64,000 nt of DNA. It comes from Archangium sp. GTDB lineage: Bacteria; Myxococcota; Myxococcia; Myxococcales; Myxococcaceae. A program made the position numbers and the translations under genes. Under the pieces are notes generated by a model. That model was not told the origin of the DNA and searched no databases. It worked only from the letters and a program-made list of their open reading frames with translations. The stretch spans positions 21,366 through 85,365 of the forward strand of contig JANLPS010000514.1 of the NCBI GenBank assembly GCA_031367385.1, in the 5' to 3' direction. This document shows positions 49,440-58,438 of the stretch, one piece after another (within the stretch, counting starts at the first letter, position 1; every line of letters starts with the position of its first letter).

Positions 49440-50111
49440 TTGAATCTCCACCGTCTCTCGACTGCAGCGCTCAGCCTCTGTCTGGCCGCCTGTGCGGCAA
49501 CCACCACTTCGAGCGTTGAAGGCAGCGTCATCGCCAGCAGCTTCGCGACCACTCCGGAGTCGCTGACTGCGACCGACGAGACCGGCGCCGCCACCGACAT
49601 CGCGCTGCTCGCGAGCGGAGCGTTCTACGCCAAGCTCCAGAGCGGCCATACCTACAGCCTGACCGTCAACACCGCGGGAGGCACCGTGCCCCTTCTTTTC
49701 CCTCGGGCCAATGGGCAGCTCGACGCGACCTTCTTCATCAGCTCACCCGACGCGGTCATCGCGCTCGGCCAAATTCAGGCGCTCAACAGCATGCCGGCGA
49801 ACGGCCTCACCGTGTCGAGCGCGGCGTTGTTGACGACTGACCCAGACGCAGGTGTCGCGGTTGACGACACCCAGACCACCACGTGCGCCCCGTCGCATGA
49901 TCATCAGAATGACGGTGGGTGCCCCGGCATGGGCGGCACCTCGCGCCACCGCGGCGGCGGGCGGCCAGACAGAAAATCGAACAGTGACGGAGGCTTGGCA
50001 GTCAAACCGGCGCAGGGCAACCCGAGTGCGCCCTTCTGCTACCCCGCCACCAATCCTCCCGCCGCAGTTGACTGCTCAGGCAGCACTGCCAGCACGCCGA
50101 GCGGCGGTTAA
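49440..50111 (+). CDS. Hypothetical lipoprotein
   Basis: AAGGAG RBS, TTG start, LAAC lipobox. Confidence 0.7.
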   Translation: MNLHRLSTAALSLCLAACAATTTSSVEGSVIASSFATTPESLTATDETGAATDIALLASGAFYAKLQSGHTYSLTVNTAGGTVPLLFPRANGQLDATFFISSPDAVIALGQIQALNSMPANGLTVSSAALLTTDPDAGVAVDDTQTTTCAPSHDHQNDGGCPGMGGTSRHRGGGRPDRKSNSDGGLAVKPAQGNPSAPFCYPATNPPAAVDCSGSTASTPSGG

Positions 50112-50142
50112 GGTCGACGCCTTGCTTTCGTCTCCACTCGCC

Positions 50143-51840
50143 ATGGCCGTGATTCACCTGGTGGCAGCCGCCACGCCGGTGCCTCCTGACGCTGTGCGAG
50201 TGGTGTGCGAGGCCCCGCGGGTATCGATCGCTGGCGCCTTGCCTGAGCTGTGGGCGCCGGCGGTGAAGCAGGTGTGTCAGGCGCTACACGGGTTGACCGA
50301 CCTCGACCCGGCAGCGCAGGCGAAGGTGTCGGCGACCGAGGTCGCTTCGAGCACCGTGAAGGTGTCGGTGCTGCTCGCCGATGGCAGAGCCGCTGAGCGC
50401 CACGTGGCGAGCCCGTCGCGTTTGCTGCCGACGCTCGAGGCGTTGATGGTCGTACCGAAGTTGCCGCGAAAAGCAGAAGCCGCGCCTCAAGGCGCAGCAG
50501 AAATGAAAGTCGCGATGCTCACCCCTGACGCCGAGCTTTCTCAAGCGCGACCCGCCCCTGAGGCGCGCGGCGAAACAATCGCATCGAGCCTCAACACCCG
50601 GGTTGGCCGCGAAGCGGCGATGGGCGATCAGCACTTCGAGTCGCAAGCGCAGGCGGCTCAGCGACCGACACAGAAAGCTGCAGCCTCGCGCGCAGCCACG
50701 ATGATCTCCAACGCCTCGCCCGGAGCCAATGCCGAGCGCACCGCGAGAACAAACACCAGCGCTCGGGTTGACGGCGACCGTGTGGCGGGCAATCAGCGCC
50801 TCGAAACGCAATCCAACGCCGTGCCGGGGTCGCGAAAGCAGGCAGAGCTTGCGACGACCTCGAACGCAGTGCCCACGCTCGAAGCCAATGCCGCGAGCGC
50901 GTCAACCAGCAGCGCTCGCATTGACGGCGAAAATGCGGCGGTCAATCAGCGTGTCAAACTTGAAGCCAACACGCTGCCGGGGTCGCCGAAGCAACCAGAA
51001 GCCGCGAAGATCTCGAACGCAGTGCCCACGCTCGAAGCCAATGCCGCGAGCGCGTCAAACAGCAGCGCTCACATCGACGGCGAAAATGCGGCGGGCGGTC
51101 AGCGCGTCAACCCTGAATCGACCGCTCCGCTGGGGTCGCAGAAGCAACCAGAAACCGCCAATATCCCGAACGCAGTGCGCTCGCGCGACGTCAATGCCGC
51201 GAGCGCATCGGGCGGCGCACGCGTCAATATCGGCACGAACGAAACGACTCGCCTCGACGGCGGGCTCTCAACGGGCGACCCCGTGCGTCGACCGCTGCGG
51301 CGAGACGAAGCCACGACGATCTCCGACGCGCAGCCCTCGCCCCTGCCCACCCTCGATGACGCACGCTTCGAAATCGGAGCGGACATCGGTGCCCGCATCG
51401 GCCGTGACATCGCGATCGGCCCTCAGCTCTTCGGCAATTTCCACTTGGCCGCATGGCGTCTCGGCGCCGCAGTTCGTTGGGACACGGGCTCGATCATGAG
51501 GCTCGCCAACGCCGGTGATCCGGGCGGCCCCGGCGATCGTCGCGACCGCTCGCAAGCACTCGTGGCCGAGCTCCAAGCCGCACGGCACTTCAACCTCTGG
51601 CGCCTCGGGCTCGATCTCGGCGTCTCTCCGCGCCTCGGCGTCTTGCTGCCCACTGGCCAACTCGATGTGCGGGGCGGTGTCTTTGCTCGATTCGGTTTTC
51701 GCCTCGGCACGGTCAACTTCTTCGCGGTGCTCGATACCGAGCTGGCCTCACCCAGCTTCTCGAATGGCGCCGGCCCCCCTGGCGGCCCTCCTGTTTTCAC
51801 CGGCGGCATTGCCCTCGGTGCCGCGTGGTACGGCCTATGA
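50143..51840 (+). CDS. Hypothetical envelope protein with 51-aa tandem repeats and C-terminal beta-barrel-like region
   Basis: Amphipathic beta strands at the C-terminus; stop overlaps the ECF start (ATGA). Start uncertain (50122 or 50143). Confidence 0.6.
   Translation: MAVIHLVAAATPVPPDAVRVVCEAPRVSIAGALPELWAPAVKQVCQALHGLTDLDPAAQAKVSATEVASSTVKVSVLLADGRAAERHVASPSRLLPTLEALMVVPKLPRKAEAAPQGAAEMKVAMLTPDAELSQARPAPEARGETIASSLNTRVGREAAMGDQHFESQAQAAQRPTQKAAASRAATMISNASPGANAERTARTNTSARVDGDRVAGNQRLETQSNAVPGSRKQAELATTSNAVPTLEANAASASTSSARIDGENAAVNQRVKLEANTLPGSPKQPEAAKISNAVPTLEANAASASNSSAHIDGENAAGGQRVNPESTAPLGSQKQPETANIPNAVRSRDVNAASASGGARVNIGTNETTRLDGGLSTGDPVRRPLRRDEATTISDAQPSPLPTLDDARFEIGADIGARIGRDIAIGPQLFGNFHLAAWRLGAAVRWDTGSIMRLANAGDPGGPGDRRDRSQALVAELQAARHFNLWRLGLDLGVSPRLGVLLPTGQLDVRGGVFARFGFRLGTVNFFAVLDTELASPSFSNGAGPPGGPPVFTGGIALGAAWYGL
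50707..51230 (+). repeat. 153-bp in-frame tandem repeat, about 3.5 copies
   Basis: Unit starts at 50707, 50860, 51013 and 51166; copies 2 and 3 share TCGAACGCAGTGCCCACGCTCGAAGCCAATGCCGCGAGCGCGTCAA. Confidence 0.9.
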
Positions 51841-52406
51841 GCGCCAGCCGACTACAGCTGGTTCGAAGCGAGCCGACCCGGCCGGTCGACGATGACCGGG
51901 CGCGAATGGCGGCGATCGCTCGCGGTGAGAGCGCGGCGCTGGCTGAGCTGTACGACTCGCACGCGCCGGCCCTGCTGGGCTTCGCGACCCGCGCGGTCGG
52001 CAGAGCCGACGCTGAAGACATCGTGCAAACGGCCTTCATCACCGCCGCCCGCATGGCCCACACCTGGGACGGCCGCAGTGCAAGCGCTCGTGCGTGGCTC
52101 TTCGGCATCACCGCGCGGCACGTGAAAGAGCGCCAACGTGCCAGCAGTCGTTTCGCGCGAGCCCTGTTGAGCCTCGCCACCGAGCCCACCCGAATCGGCA
52201 AGAGCCCGAGCGGAGATCGCCTCGACACCAGCGCCGCGCTCGAGCACCTGCCTGAGGCCAAGCGATTGGTGTTGGTGCTGGCCGAGGTCGAGGGCTTCAG
52301 CGGTGAAGAGATTTCAAAGATGCTCGACATCCCCCTCAACACGGTGTGGACGCGGCTGCATCATGCCCGACGAGCGATGCGCGAGCTGCTCGAGGAGACC
52401 CCATGA
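51837..52406 (+). CDS. ECF RNA polymerase sigma factor
   Basis: AEDIVQTAF, RAWLFGI, EGFSGEEISKMLDIPLNTVWTRLHHAR. Confidence 0.93.
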   Translation: MSASRLQLVRSEPTRPVDDDRARMAAIARGESAALAELYDSHAPALLGFATRAVGRADAEDIVQTAFITAARMAHTWDGRSASARAWLFGITARHVKERQRASSRFARALLSLATEPTRIGKSPSGDRLDTSAALEHLPEAKRLVLVLAEVEGFSGEEISKMLDIPLNTVWTRLHHARRAMRELLEETP

Positions 52407-53251
52407 GCGCCTGCATTCGATTACCCGAGGTCGAAGCCGCCAAAGATGGCCGCGGAGCGCTCGACCCCGCCCACCTCTCGACCTGCGCTGCCTGCCAAGC
52501 CGAGGCCGCTTCGCTGCTGAAGTTGTCGCTCGACTTGAGCTCGCTTCGCACTGCGTTGCCTGTTGATCGCGACGCGCTTGCACGCGCCCGCGAGGTGGTT
52601 TTGTCGTCGGCCTTGGTGCCCCGCAGAGCGATTCGGTGGCAACGGTTGGCCGTCGCGGCGGCGGTGCTGGTGGTCTCTGGGGTCGGCGCGATGGTCGCCT
52701 TCGAGAGATCAGCACCCACGCCCGAAACGCGCATTCAAGCGACCGACGAAGGCGCAGCGCGGTGGACGATCGATTCTCGAAACGACTCCGAAGCCATCAC
52801 CTTGACCGAGGGCACCCTGCGCTTGTCAGTGACCCGACCGACCAACGGCAAACAAGTCGTCGTGCATGTGCCCGATGGCACCATCGAAGACATCGGCACG
52901 GTGTTTCACGTGGTCGTCGCCAACGGAGCGACTCAGGAAGTGCGCGTCGACCAGGGTGCGGTTCGCCTGAGCCTCACGGGGTTCGGCGTCGTCGAAGTTC
53001 ACGCGGGAGAGCACTGGTCGCGCCTCCTCGAGCTCGCCAAGCCCGGCTCCATCGGCCAGCAGCCCGCGGCCGAGGGTGATGACTCCCGCGACGGCGAAGA
53101 CAGCGCCTACCTGCTGGTCATTCGCTCGCTCCGCGAAGGCTCGAGCGAAGCGGCAGCCGAAGCCGCGAGAGCCTACCTGGCCAAGTACCCGCGGGGCTTT
53201 CGCGCCCGTGAAGTCGAAGCGGTGCTGCGCCCAGAAGCCGCGCCGGAGTGA
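52403..53251 (+). CDS. Anti-sigma factor with ZAS motif, TM and FecR-like domain
   Basis: HLSTCAAC; TM helix; LTEG...IGTVFHV...V.VDQGAV; C-terminal YLAKYPRG. Confidence 0.85.
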   Translation: MSACIRLPEVEAAKDGRGALDPAHLSTCAACQAEAASLLKLSLDLSSLRTALPVDRDALARAREVVLSSALVPRRAIRWQRLAVAAAVLVVSGVGAMVAFERSAPTPETRIQATDEGAARWTIDSRNDSEAITLTEGTLRLSVTRPTNGKQVVVHVPDGTIEDIGTVFHVVVANGATQEVRVDQGAVRLSLTGFGVVEVHAGEHWSRLLELAKPGSIGQQPAAEGDDSRDGEDSAYLLVIRSLREGSSEAAAEAARAYLAKYPRGFRAREVEAVLRPEAAPE

Positions 53252-53300
53252 TCAGCCCCGGCCTCGGGCCCACCGTGTGGCCATTTCGTGAGACGCTTCT

Positions 53301-54230
53301 CTACTGATGCCCCAGCCGCACTTCGACGTTCGGGTGCGCGCTGGCGAACGCCTCGAGCTTGTTCAGGCTCTCGACTCCGCGCGGAGCGTCTGCGGTAAAG
53401 CTGCCGGGCTCGACGTGATGGTCCCACCCCCAGCGGGTGTGACACGCATCGCCGGTGAGTAAGACGGGCCCGTGCGTCGTACGAACGAGATACGCGGTGC
53501 TCCCCGCCGTGTGCCCCGGCACCCACAGCGCCCACACGGAGCCGTCGCCGAATACGTCGAGCACGCCGTCGAAGGCTCCCGAGGGGTCAGCCGCGAACTG
53601 CCACTCGGAGATCGCAGGCAAACCGCTCAGCGCGCGGTCAGTCGAGCCACGAACGAACAGGTTCATGACCTGCGTGCTCTTGGTCTCGCCAGGGCCCGAA
53701 AACACCGGAGTGTTCTTCGGGAGGTCGGCAGCGCCCGCAATGTGGTCGAGGTGCAGATGGGTCAAGAACACGCCGTCGAGCCGCGGCTCTTTCGCCACCC
53801 ACTCACCCAGCGGCAGGTGCACTTTCATGGTGTCGAGGTGCATCGCGCTGCGAACCAAAGCGCCCAACGCCGAGCGCTCGGGGGCGTCGCGCAGGGCCTT
53901 CTCGACCCCGGTGTCGACGATGAACACACCCTTGGTCGGGTGCCGCAGCACGTGAAAGAAGACCTGAATCGCCTCGGGCCCATCGACCAGCCCGGCCGCC
54001 TTCGCGGTGGGGTTGCTCAGGTTCAACAGCCCGCTGCGGTCGACCTGCCAGTCAGCCGAGTTGATCGTCTCGAGCTCGATGACTCCGGGTTGCTCGAGTG
54101 AGCTCACCAGCTCGGCCGAGCCTCTCACCACCCCCAACGTCGCCGGCTGAGTTTCGTGAGATGAGCTCGCACACCCCGCGAGCACTGCGGTCAGCACCAC
54201 CACCGTCGCCTTGCCATTTTGGTTTCGCAT
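53301..54230 (-). CDS. MBL-fold metallohydrolase, AHL-lactonase-like, lipoprotein
   Basis: LAGC lipobox; VDTG, THLHLDHIAG, DVFGDGS, PGHTAG, LTGDA, terminal GHQ. Confidence 0.85.
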   Translation of the reverse strand: MRNQNGKATVVVLTAVLAGCASSSHETQPATLGVVRGSAELVSSLEQPGVIELETINSADWQVDRSGLLNLSNPTAKAAGLVDGPEAIQVFFHVLRHPTKGVFIVDTGVEKALRDAPERSALGALVRSAMHLDTMKVHLPLGEWVAKEPRLDGVFLTHLHLDHIAGAADLPKNTPVFSGPGETKSTQVMNLFVRGSTDRALSGLPAISEWQFAADPSGAFDGVLDVFGDGSVWALWVPGHTAGSTAYLVRTTHGPVLLTGDACHTRWGWDHHVEPGSFTADAPRGVESLNKLEAFASAHPNVEVRLGHQ

Positions 54231-54294
54231 GGCCCAAACGTATCGATGCACAGATGAATGGCAATTGGCTTATTTGGCATGGCAATATCCAATA

Positions 54295-55176
54295 ATGGAT
54301 ATTGCGTGGGACGACGCGAAGCTCTTCTTGGCCATCGCAGAGACCGGGAGCCTCAGTGGAGCGGCGCGGCGGCTGGTGCTCGGGCAACCGACCGTCACCC
54401 GCCGGCTCGCCACGCTCGAACGCCAGGTCGGTGCGCAGCTCTTTCGCCGCAGCGTCGAGGGGGCGTCACTCACCGCCGCGGGTGAGCGCCTGCTGGGCCC
54501 GGCCCAAAAGATGGCCGAGTGGGCTGGTGAGCTCCATCGCGCTGCTGAGGCGACCGAGGGGCCGCCCACCGGGCTCGTGCGTGTCACCTCGAGCCCCTTC
54601 ATCTGCTTTGAATTTCTGGCACCCTTCGCTGGCTTCTTGGCCACCCGCAACCCAGGGCTGCGCCTCGAAGTGCTCTCGAGCATTCAATATCTCGACCTGG
54701 TTCGCGGAGAGGCCGACCTCGCGATGCGCTCAGCGGTGCCGAACACCACCGATCTCGAGGTGCTCTTCACGATGCAGGTCAACAATGCGGTGATGGTCGC
54801 CTCGTCACTCAAACCCAGGCTGCCCAAGAAACCGACCCTCGCGAGCCTGCCCTGGGTGGCCTGGGCGCCTCCCTTCGAGGCCGTGCCTCCGAACCCGCAG
54901 CTCGCGGCAGCGGTACCCAACTTCAGGCCCGCCTTCAGCGCCGACCACTTCCTCATTCAGCTGGCAGCGGCCGAAGCGGGCGCTGGCGCGATGGTGTTGG
55001 GCCGCGTACGTCATCGCTTCAGCCGGCCCACGACCCTCGTACCCCTCGACATCGACCTCGGTTCGCACGCCCGCTCGGCGCTGCACCTCGTCTGCGCCAA
55101 GTCGGCGCTCGACATTCCCCGGGTTCGGCTCGTCAGCGAGCTGCTGATGGCTGAAATGAAGCTCGCCACCCGATAA
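54295..55176 (+). CDS. LysR-family transcriptional regulator
   Basis: WDDAKLFLAIAETGSLSGAARRL..GQPTVTRRL; divergent from the hydrolase. Confidence 0.93.
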   Translation: MDIAWDDAKLFLAIAETGSLSGAARRLVLGQPTVTRRLATLERQVGAQLFRRSVEGASLTAAGERLLGPAQKMAEWAGELHRAAEATEGPPTGLVRVTSSPFICFEFLAPFAGFLATRNPGLRLEVLSSIQYLDLVRGEADLAMRSAVPNTTDLEVLFTMQVNNAVMVASSLKPRLPKKPTLASLPWVAWAPPFEAVPPNPQLAAAVPNFRPAFSADHFLIQLAAAEAGAGAMVLGRVRHRFSRPTTLVPLDIDLGSHARSALHLVCAKSALDIPRVRLVSELLMAEMKLATR

Positions 55177-55226
55177 AATAATCATAGTTATAATAGCAAT
55201 GATTATAGTTATGACTATTATCACCA

Positions 55227-55784
55227 TCACTCCTGAACAGGCCGCCCGGAGGGTCGGCACGCAAGGCCCTCGCCCTCGGGCCCCTGCTCACAGGTGCCAC
55301 TCACGGCTCGCCCTCGCCCTGTGAAAGCGCACGCCGCCCCGAGCGCAACGCTCTTGCATGCCTCGCGCGCCTCGGGCGGAGGCCCCCGGTGGTGACCGCC
55401 CGGCCCCTCATCTGCGGGGCGGCACGCCAACTCGTCTGAGTGGCCCGCGGCACAGGTCCCCGTCACCGTCTTGTCTCCAAGAGTGAACGTGCACGCCGCC
55501 CCACCGTTTTGCCCCTTGCACACCTCGAGCGCCTCCGGCGGAGGCCCATGACGCCCACCCGCCGGCCTGCACGCGGCCGCCTCGTTGTTCGGCCCCACTC
55601 TGCAGGTGCCGGTGAGGTTGTTGCCGTTCACCGTGAACCCGCATGACGTGCCCTCTGAGAGCCCCGCGCAGGCGGTGATTGCCTCGGCCGGGGGCCCGCG
55701 GCGTCGTGCTGGTTCAGTCGATTGCGCGAGGCACAGCGAAGAAACAACACCGAGACACAGCAGCATCAGACGCGTCGCGAACAT
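55227..55784 (-). CDS. Secreted protein with three Cys-rich repeats
   Basis: Signal peptide; three copies of GPPxEAxxxC...G..C.FT......GTC......ACRP. Confidence 0.8.
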   Translation of the reverse strand: MFATRLMLLCLGVVSSLCLAQSTEPARRRGPPAEAITACAGLSEGTSCGFTVNGNNLTGTCRVGPNNEAAACRPAGGRHGPPPEALEVCKGQNGGAACTFTLGDKTVTGTCAAGHSDELACRPADEGPGGHHRGPPPEAREACKSVALGAACAFTGRGRAVSGTCEQGPEGEGLACRPSGRPVQE

Positions 55785-55915
55785 GGGTTTTCTCCAGTGA
55801 AGATGAGTCGAACGGCCTCACGACAGACCGCTTTCGAACACCGTTAGCGAACCTTCGCGTTTGCCATTCTGTCGCTCGCTGCGCGCCAGGCAGGCGCCGT
55901 TTCGCAACGTTGAGC

Positions 55916-55931
55916 TGGCGCGTGACTTGCG
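55916..55931 (+). promoter_or_regulatory. Sigma54 promoter
   Basis: TGGCGCGTGACTTGCG: GG-N10-GC with TTGC. Confidence 0.65.
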
Positions 55932-55989
55932 TTGCGTCGGGCCCGCGAGTCACTCCCTGACCCGCCTCGAGACGCTTTTCGGAGCCCCC

Positions 55990-56412
55990 ATGAATGCGCA
56001 GCGCGTACCCTCAATCAGCGGTGAAACCACTTCAACGAAGACCCTCATCTTGGCGGTGGAAGACGACCTCTCACGCGAGGCCATCGCCGCCGAGCTTTCG
56101 CAGGGCGGCTACCAGGTCATTCAAGTCGAAGATGGCTATGAGCTCTTCGATTGCCTCGAGCTGTTTTTGCGCCTCGCGAAACCTGCCGTGATTGTCGCGG
56201 AGTGCTCGCTCTCAGGGCGTTCAGGCTTCGAGCTGTGCGCGGCGCTCAAGTCGAGGCCTGGCGCCCCGAAGGTCATCTTGATTGCCCCGTTCGACGACGA
56301 AGAAGCCTGGGAGCACGCCGAGACTGCTGGCGCCAGCTTCGTGCTCGACAACCCGGTCGATGTGATTGAGCTCTTCGACGCGCTCGATCTCTCGACCGAC
56401 CTCGCCTTCTAG
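55990..56412 (+). CDS. Atypical single-domain response regulator
   Basis: LAVEDD, GYQV, SGFELC. The phospho-Asp position reads VIVAE and the KP motif reads NP. GGAG RBS precedes ATG 55990. Confidence 0.75.
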   Translation: MNAQRVPSISGETTSTKTLILAVEDDLSREAIAAELSQGGYQVIQVEDGYELFDCLELFLRLAKPAVIVAECSLSGRSGFELCAALKSRPGAPKVILIAPFDDEEAWEHAETAGASFVLDNPVDVIELFDALDLSTDLAF

Positions 56413-57950
56413 TCAGCGTGGGCGGCCTCGGAGCCGAGGGTGAACGAGAACGTCGCCCCCACGCCGACCTCGCCGATGCCCCACACCCGCCCACCATGTC
56501 GGTGCACCATGCGCTCGACGATGGCCAGGCCGACGCCGGTGCCCTCGAAGTCATCGCTGCGGTGCAAGCGCTGAAACACGCCGAACAATTTGCCGACGTA
56601 CTGCATGTTGAACCCAACCCCGTTGTCGCGCACGAAAAAGGCGTCATCGCCCTCGGGCGTCTCGGCGGCGCCGACCTCAATCGCCGCGTCGCTCTTGGGC
56701 TTCGAAAATTTGAGCGCGTTCGACAGCAGCTGCAGCCACACATGCCGCAGCAACGACGCGTCACCAAACGAGGCGGGCAACGGGTGCACCACGATGCGCG
56801 CCGTCGAATCGCCGCGCAGCTCGCGCAGGCACTCCGCGACCAGCGCACCCGTGTCGATGCGCCGCGGGTTGAACGGCTGGCGAGACAGCCGCCCGAACGA
56901 GAGCAGATCATCGATGAGCCGCCCCATGCGCCTGGCGCCCTGCTGAACGGTGTCGAGGTAGCGATGCGCTCCCTCGGGCAGCTGGGGCCCATAATCTTCG
57001 ACCAGGGCTTGCGCGAACCCGTTGATCGCTCGCAGCGGCGCACGCAGATCATGTGAGACCGAGTAGGTGAACCCCTCGAGCTCGCGGTTGGCGGCCTCGA
57101 GCGCCGCCGTTCGATTCTTCACCTTGCCTTCGAGCTGATCATTGAGCTGCTCGATCTGCGCCTCGCGCATTTTTCGCTCGGTGATGTCGACCATCACCCC
57201 GTGAAAAGTGACCCGCCGATCAGCCTCGGGCACCGGCACGGAGTGCCCCTCGAGCCACACCTCACCGCGCCCCGGCACCCGCGCACGCCACTCGTAATGC
57301 CAGACCGAGAGGTCGGCCTGCGAGCGCTGCATCGAGGCCACCATGCCCGGCAGATCATCGGGGTGAACCAACCGCACCGCGTGCATGCCGTCACGAAGCA
57401 CCTCGTCGGTGGCCTCGCCATAGAGCGCCCTGAACGCCTTGCTCACGTAAGGAAAAGAGGCGCTCCCGTCGGGCCGCAGCTCGAAAGAATAGAACGCGTA
57501 GGGCGACACATCGGCGATGCGTACCAGCCGCTCTTGCTCGCGCTCGAGCACCTGCCGGGCCTCGAACATCTCGTGCGATTCGGTGCTGAAACCGAACCAC
57601 GCCTCGGGCTGACCCTCGACCGGCGGCATCACCAGGCCGCGCGCGACGAACCAGCGGTACGCTCCATCATGCCTGCGAAGCCGGTAGTCCCAGGTGAAGG
57701 GCTCACGGCGCTTGGCCGCTTGCTTCCACGCCTCGAGCACCCGCTCAAGGTCTTCAGGGTGAATCACCTCGAGCCAGGCATGGCCCACGAGCTGGTCGCA
57801 CGGTTTACCGGTGTACGCCTCCCAGCGTGGGCTCAGAGAGCTGAGCGCGCCGCGCGAATCGCAGGTCCACGAGAGTTGAAGCAGCTCGTCGAAGAGCGCG
57901 AAGGCCGGGTCGAGCCCGCGGCGAAGCACGAATTCACTTGGCTTGAGCAT
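56409..57950 (-). CDS. PAS-PAS sensor histidine kinase
   Basis: Two IHPED/VHPDD PAS domains; YSVSHDLRAPLR, NALKF, DNGVG, FQRLH, GTGVGLAI. Confidence 0.93.
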   Translation of the reverse strand: MLKPSEFVLRRGLDPAFALFDELLQLSWTCDSRGALSSLSPRWEAYTGKPCDQLVGHAWLEVIHPEDLERVLEAWKQAAKRREPFTWDYRLRRHDGAYRWFVARGLVMPPVEGQPEAWFGFSTESHEMFEARQVLEREQERLVRIADVSPYAFYSFELRPDGSASFPYVSKAFRALYGEATDEVLRDGMHAVRLVHPDDLPGMVASMQRSQADLSVWHYEWRARVPGRGEVWLEGHSVPVPEADRRVTFHGVMVDITERKMREAQIEQLNDQLEGKVKNRTAALEAANRELEGFTYSVSHDLRAPLRAINGFAQALVEDYGPQLPEGAHRYLDTVQQGARRMGRLIDDLLSFGRLSRQPFNPRRIDTGALVAECLRELRGDSTARIVVHPLPASFGDASLLRHVWLQLLSNALKFSKPKSDAAIEVGAAETPEGDDAFFVRDNGVGFNMQYVGKLFGVFQRLHRSDDFEGTGVGLAIVERMVHRHGGRVWGIGEVGVGATFSFTLGSEAAHAD

Positions 57951-57963
57951 GACGTCAAGGCCC

Positions 57964-58419
57964 TCAGCGCGTGCCACCCTCAGGGGCCTGGTTGAGCAGC
58001 AGCCAATACATGCCGAGCTCGCGCACCGCCACCATGAAGGCATCGAAGCCCACCGGCTTGACCACGTAGCTGTTGATGCCGAGCGCGTAGGTCTTCATCA
58101 CATCGACCCGTTCTTGAGACGAGGTCAGCGCAACCACCGGCACGTGCTTGGTGCGCGGGTCTTGCCGAATGCGCTTGAGCACTTCGAGGCCATCGACCTT
58201 CGGCAGCTTCAAATCGAGCAACACCAGCCGGGGCATCGGCTCGAGGGCCCTCGAGGCGTACGCCCCTTCGGCGAACAAGAACTCGAGCGCCTCGGCACCA
58301 TCGCGCACCACCTCGATGCGGTTGGCGATGGTGGTCTTCTTCAGCGCTCGAAGCGTGAGCTCGAGATCACTCGGGTCGTCTTCGACCAGCAAGATGTCGG
58401 GAGCCAGACCAGAGCGCAT
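57964..58419 (-). CDS. Rcp1-like response regulator
   Basis: LLVEDD, LLDLKLPKVDG, LTSS, NSYVVKP. Confidence 0.95.
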   Translation of the reverse strand: MRSGLAPDILLVEDDPSDLELTLRALKKTTIANRIEVVRDGAEALEFLFAEGAYASRALEPMPRLVLLDLKLPKVDGLEVLKRIRQDPRTKHVPVVALTSSQERVDVMKTYALGINSYVVKPVGFDAFMVAVRELGMYWLLLNQAPEGGTR

Positions 58420-58438
58420 GGGCCTACGCTACCTGAAT

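Noticed and set aside
50707..51230. 153-bp repeats (and the ~69-bp nuclease repeats) as a CRISPR array
   Set aside because: In-frame coding tandem repeats with no unique spacers and no cas genes in the window.
54805..55260. Minus-strand ORF with hydrophobic VMVIIVITIIIAIITMIIL stretch
   Set aside because: The stretch is just the translation of the AT-rich island; the rest is antisense to the LysR gene.
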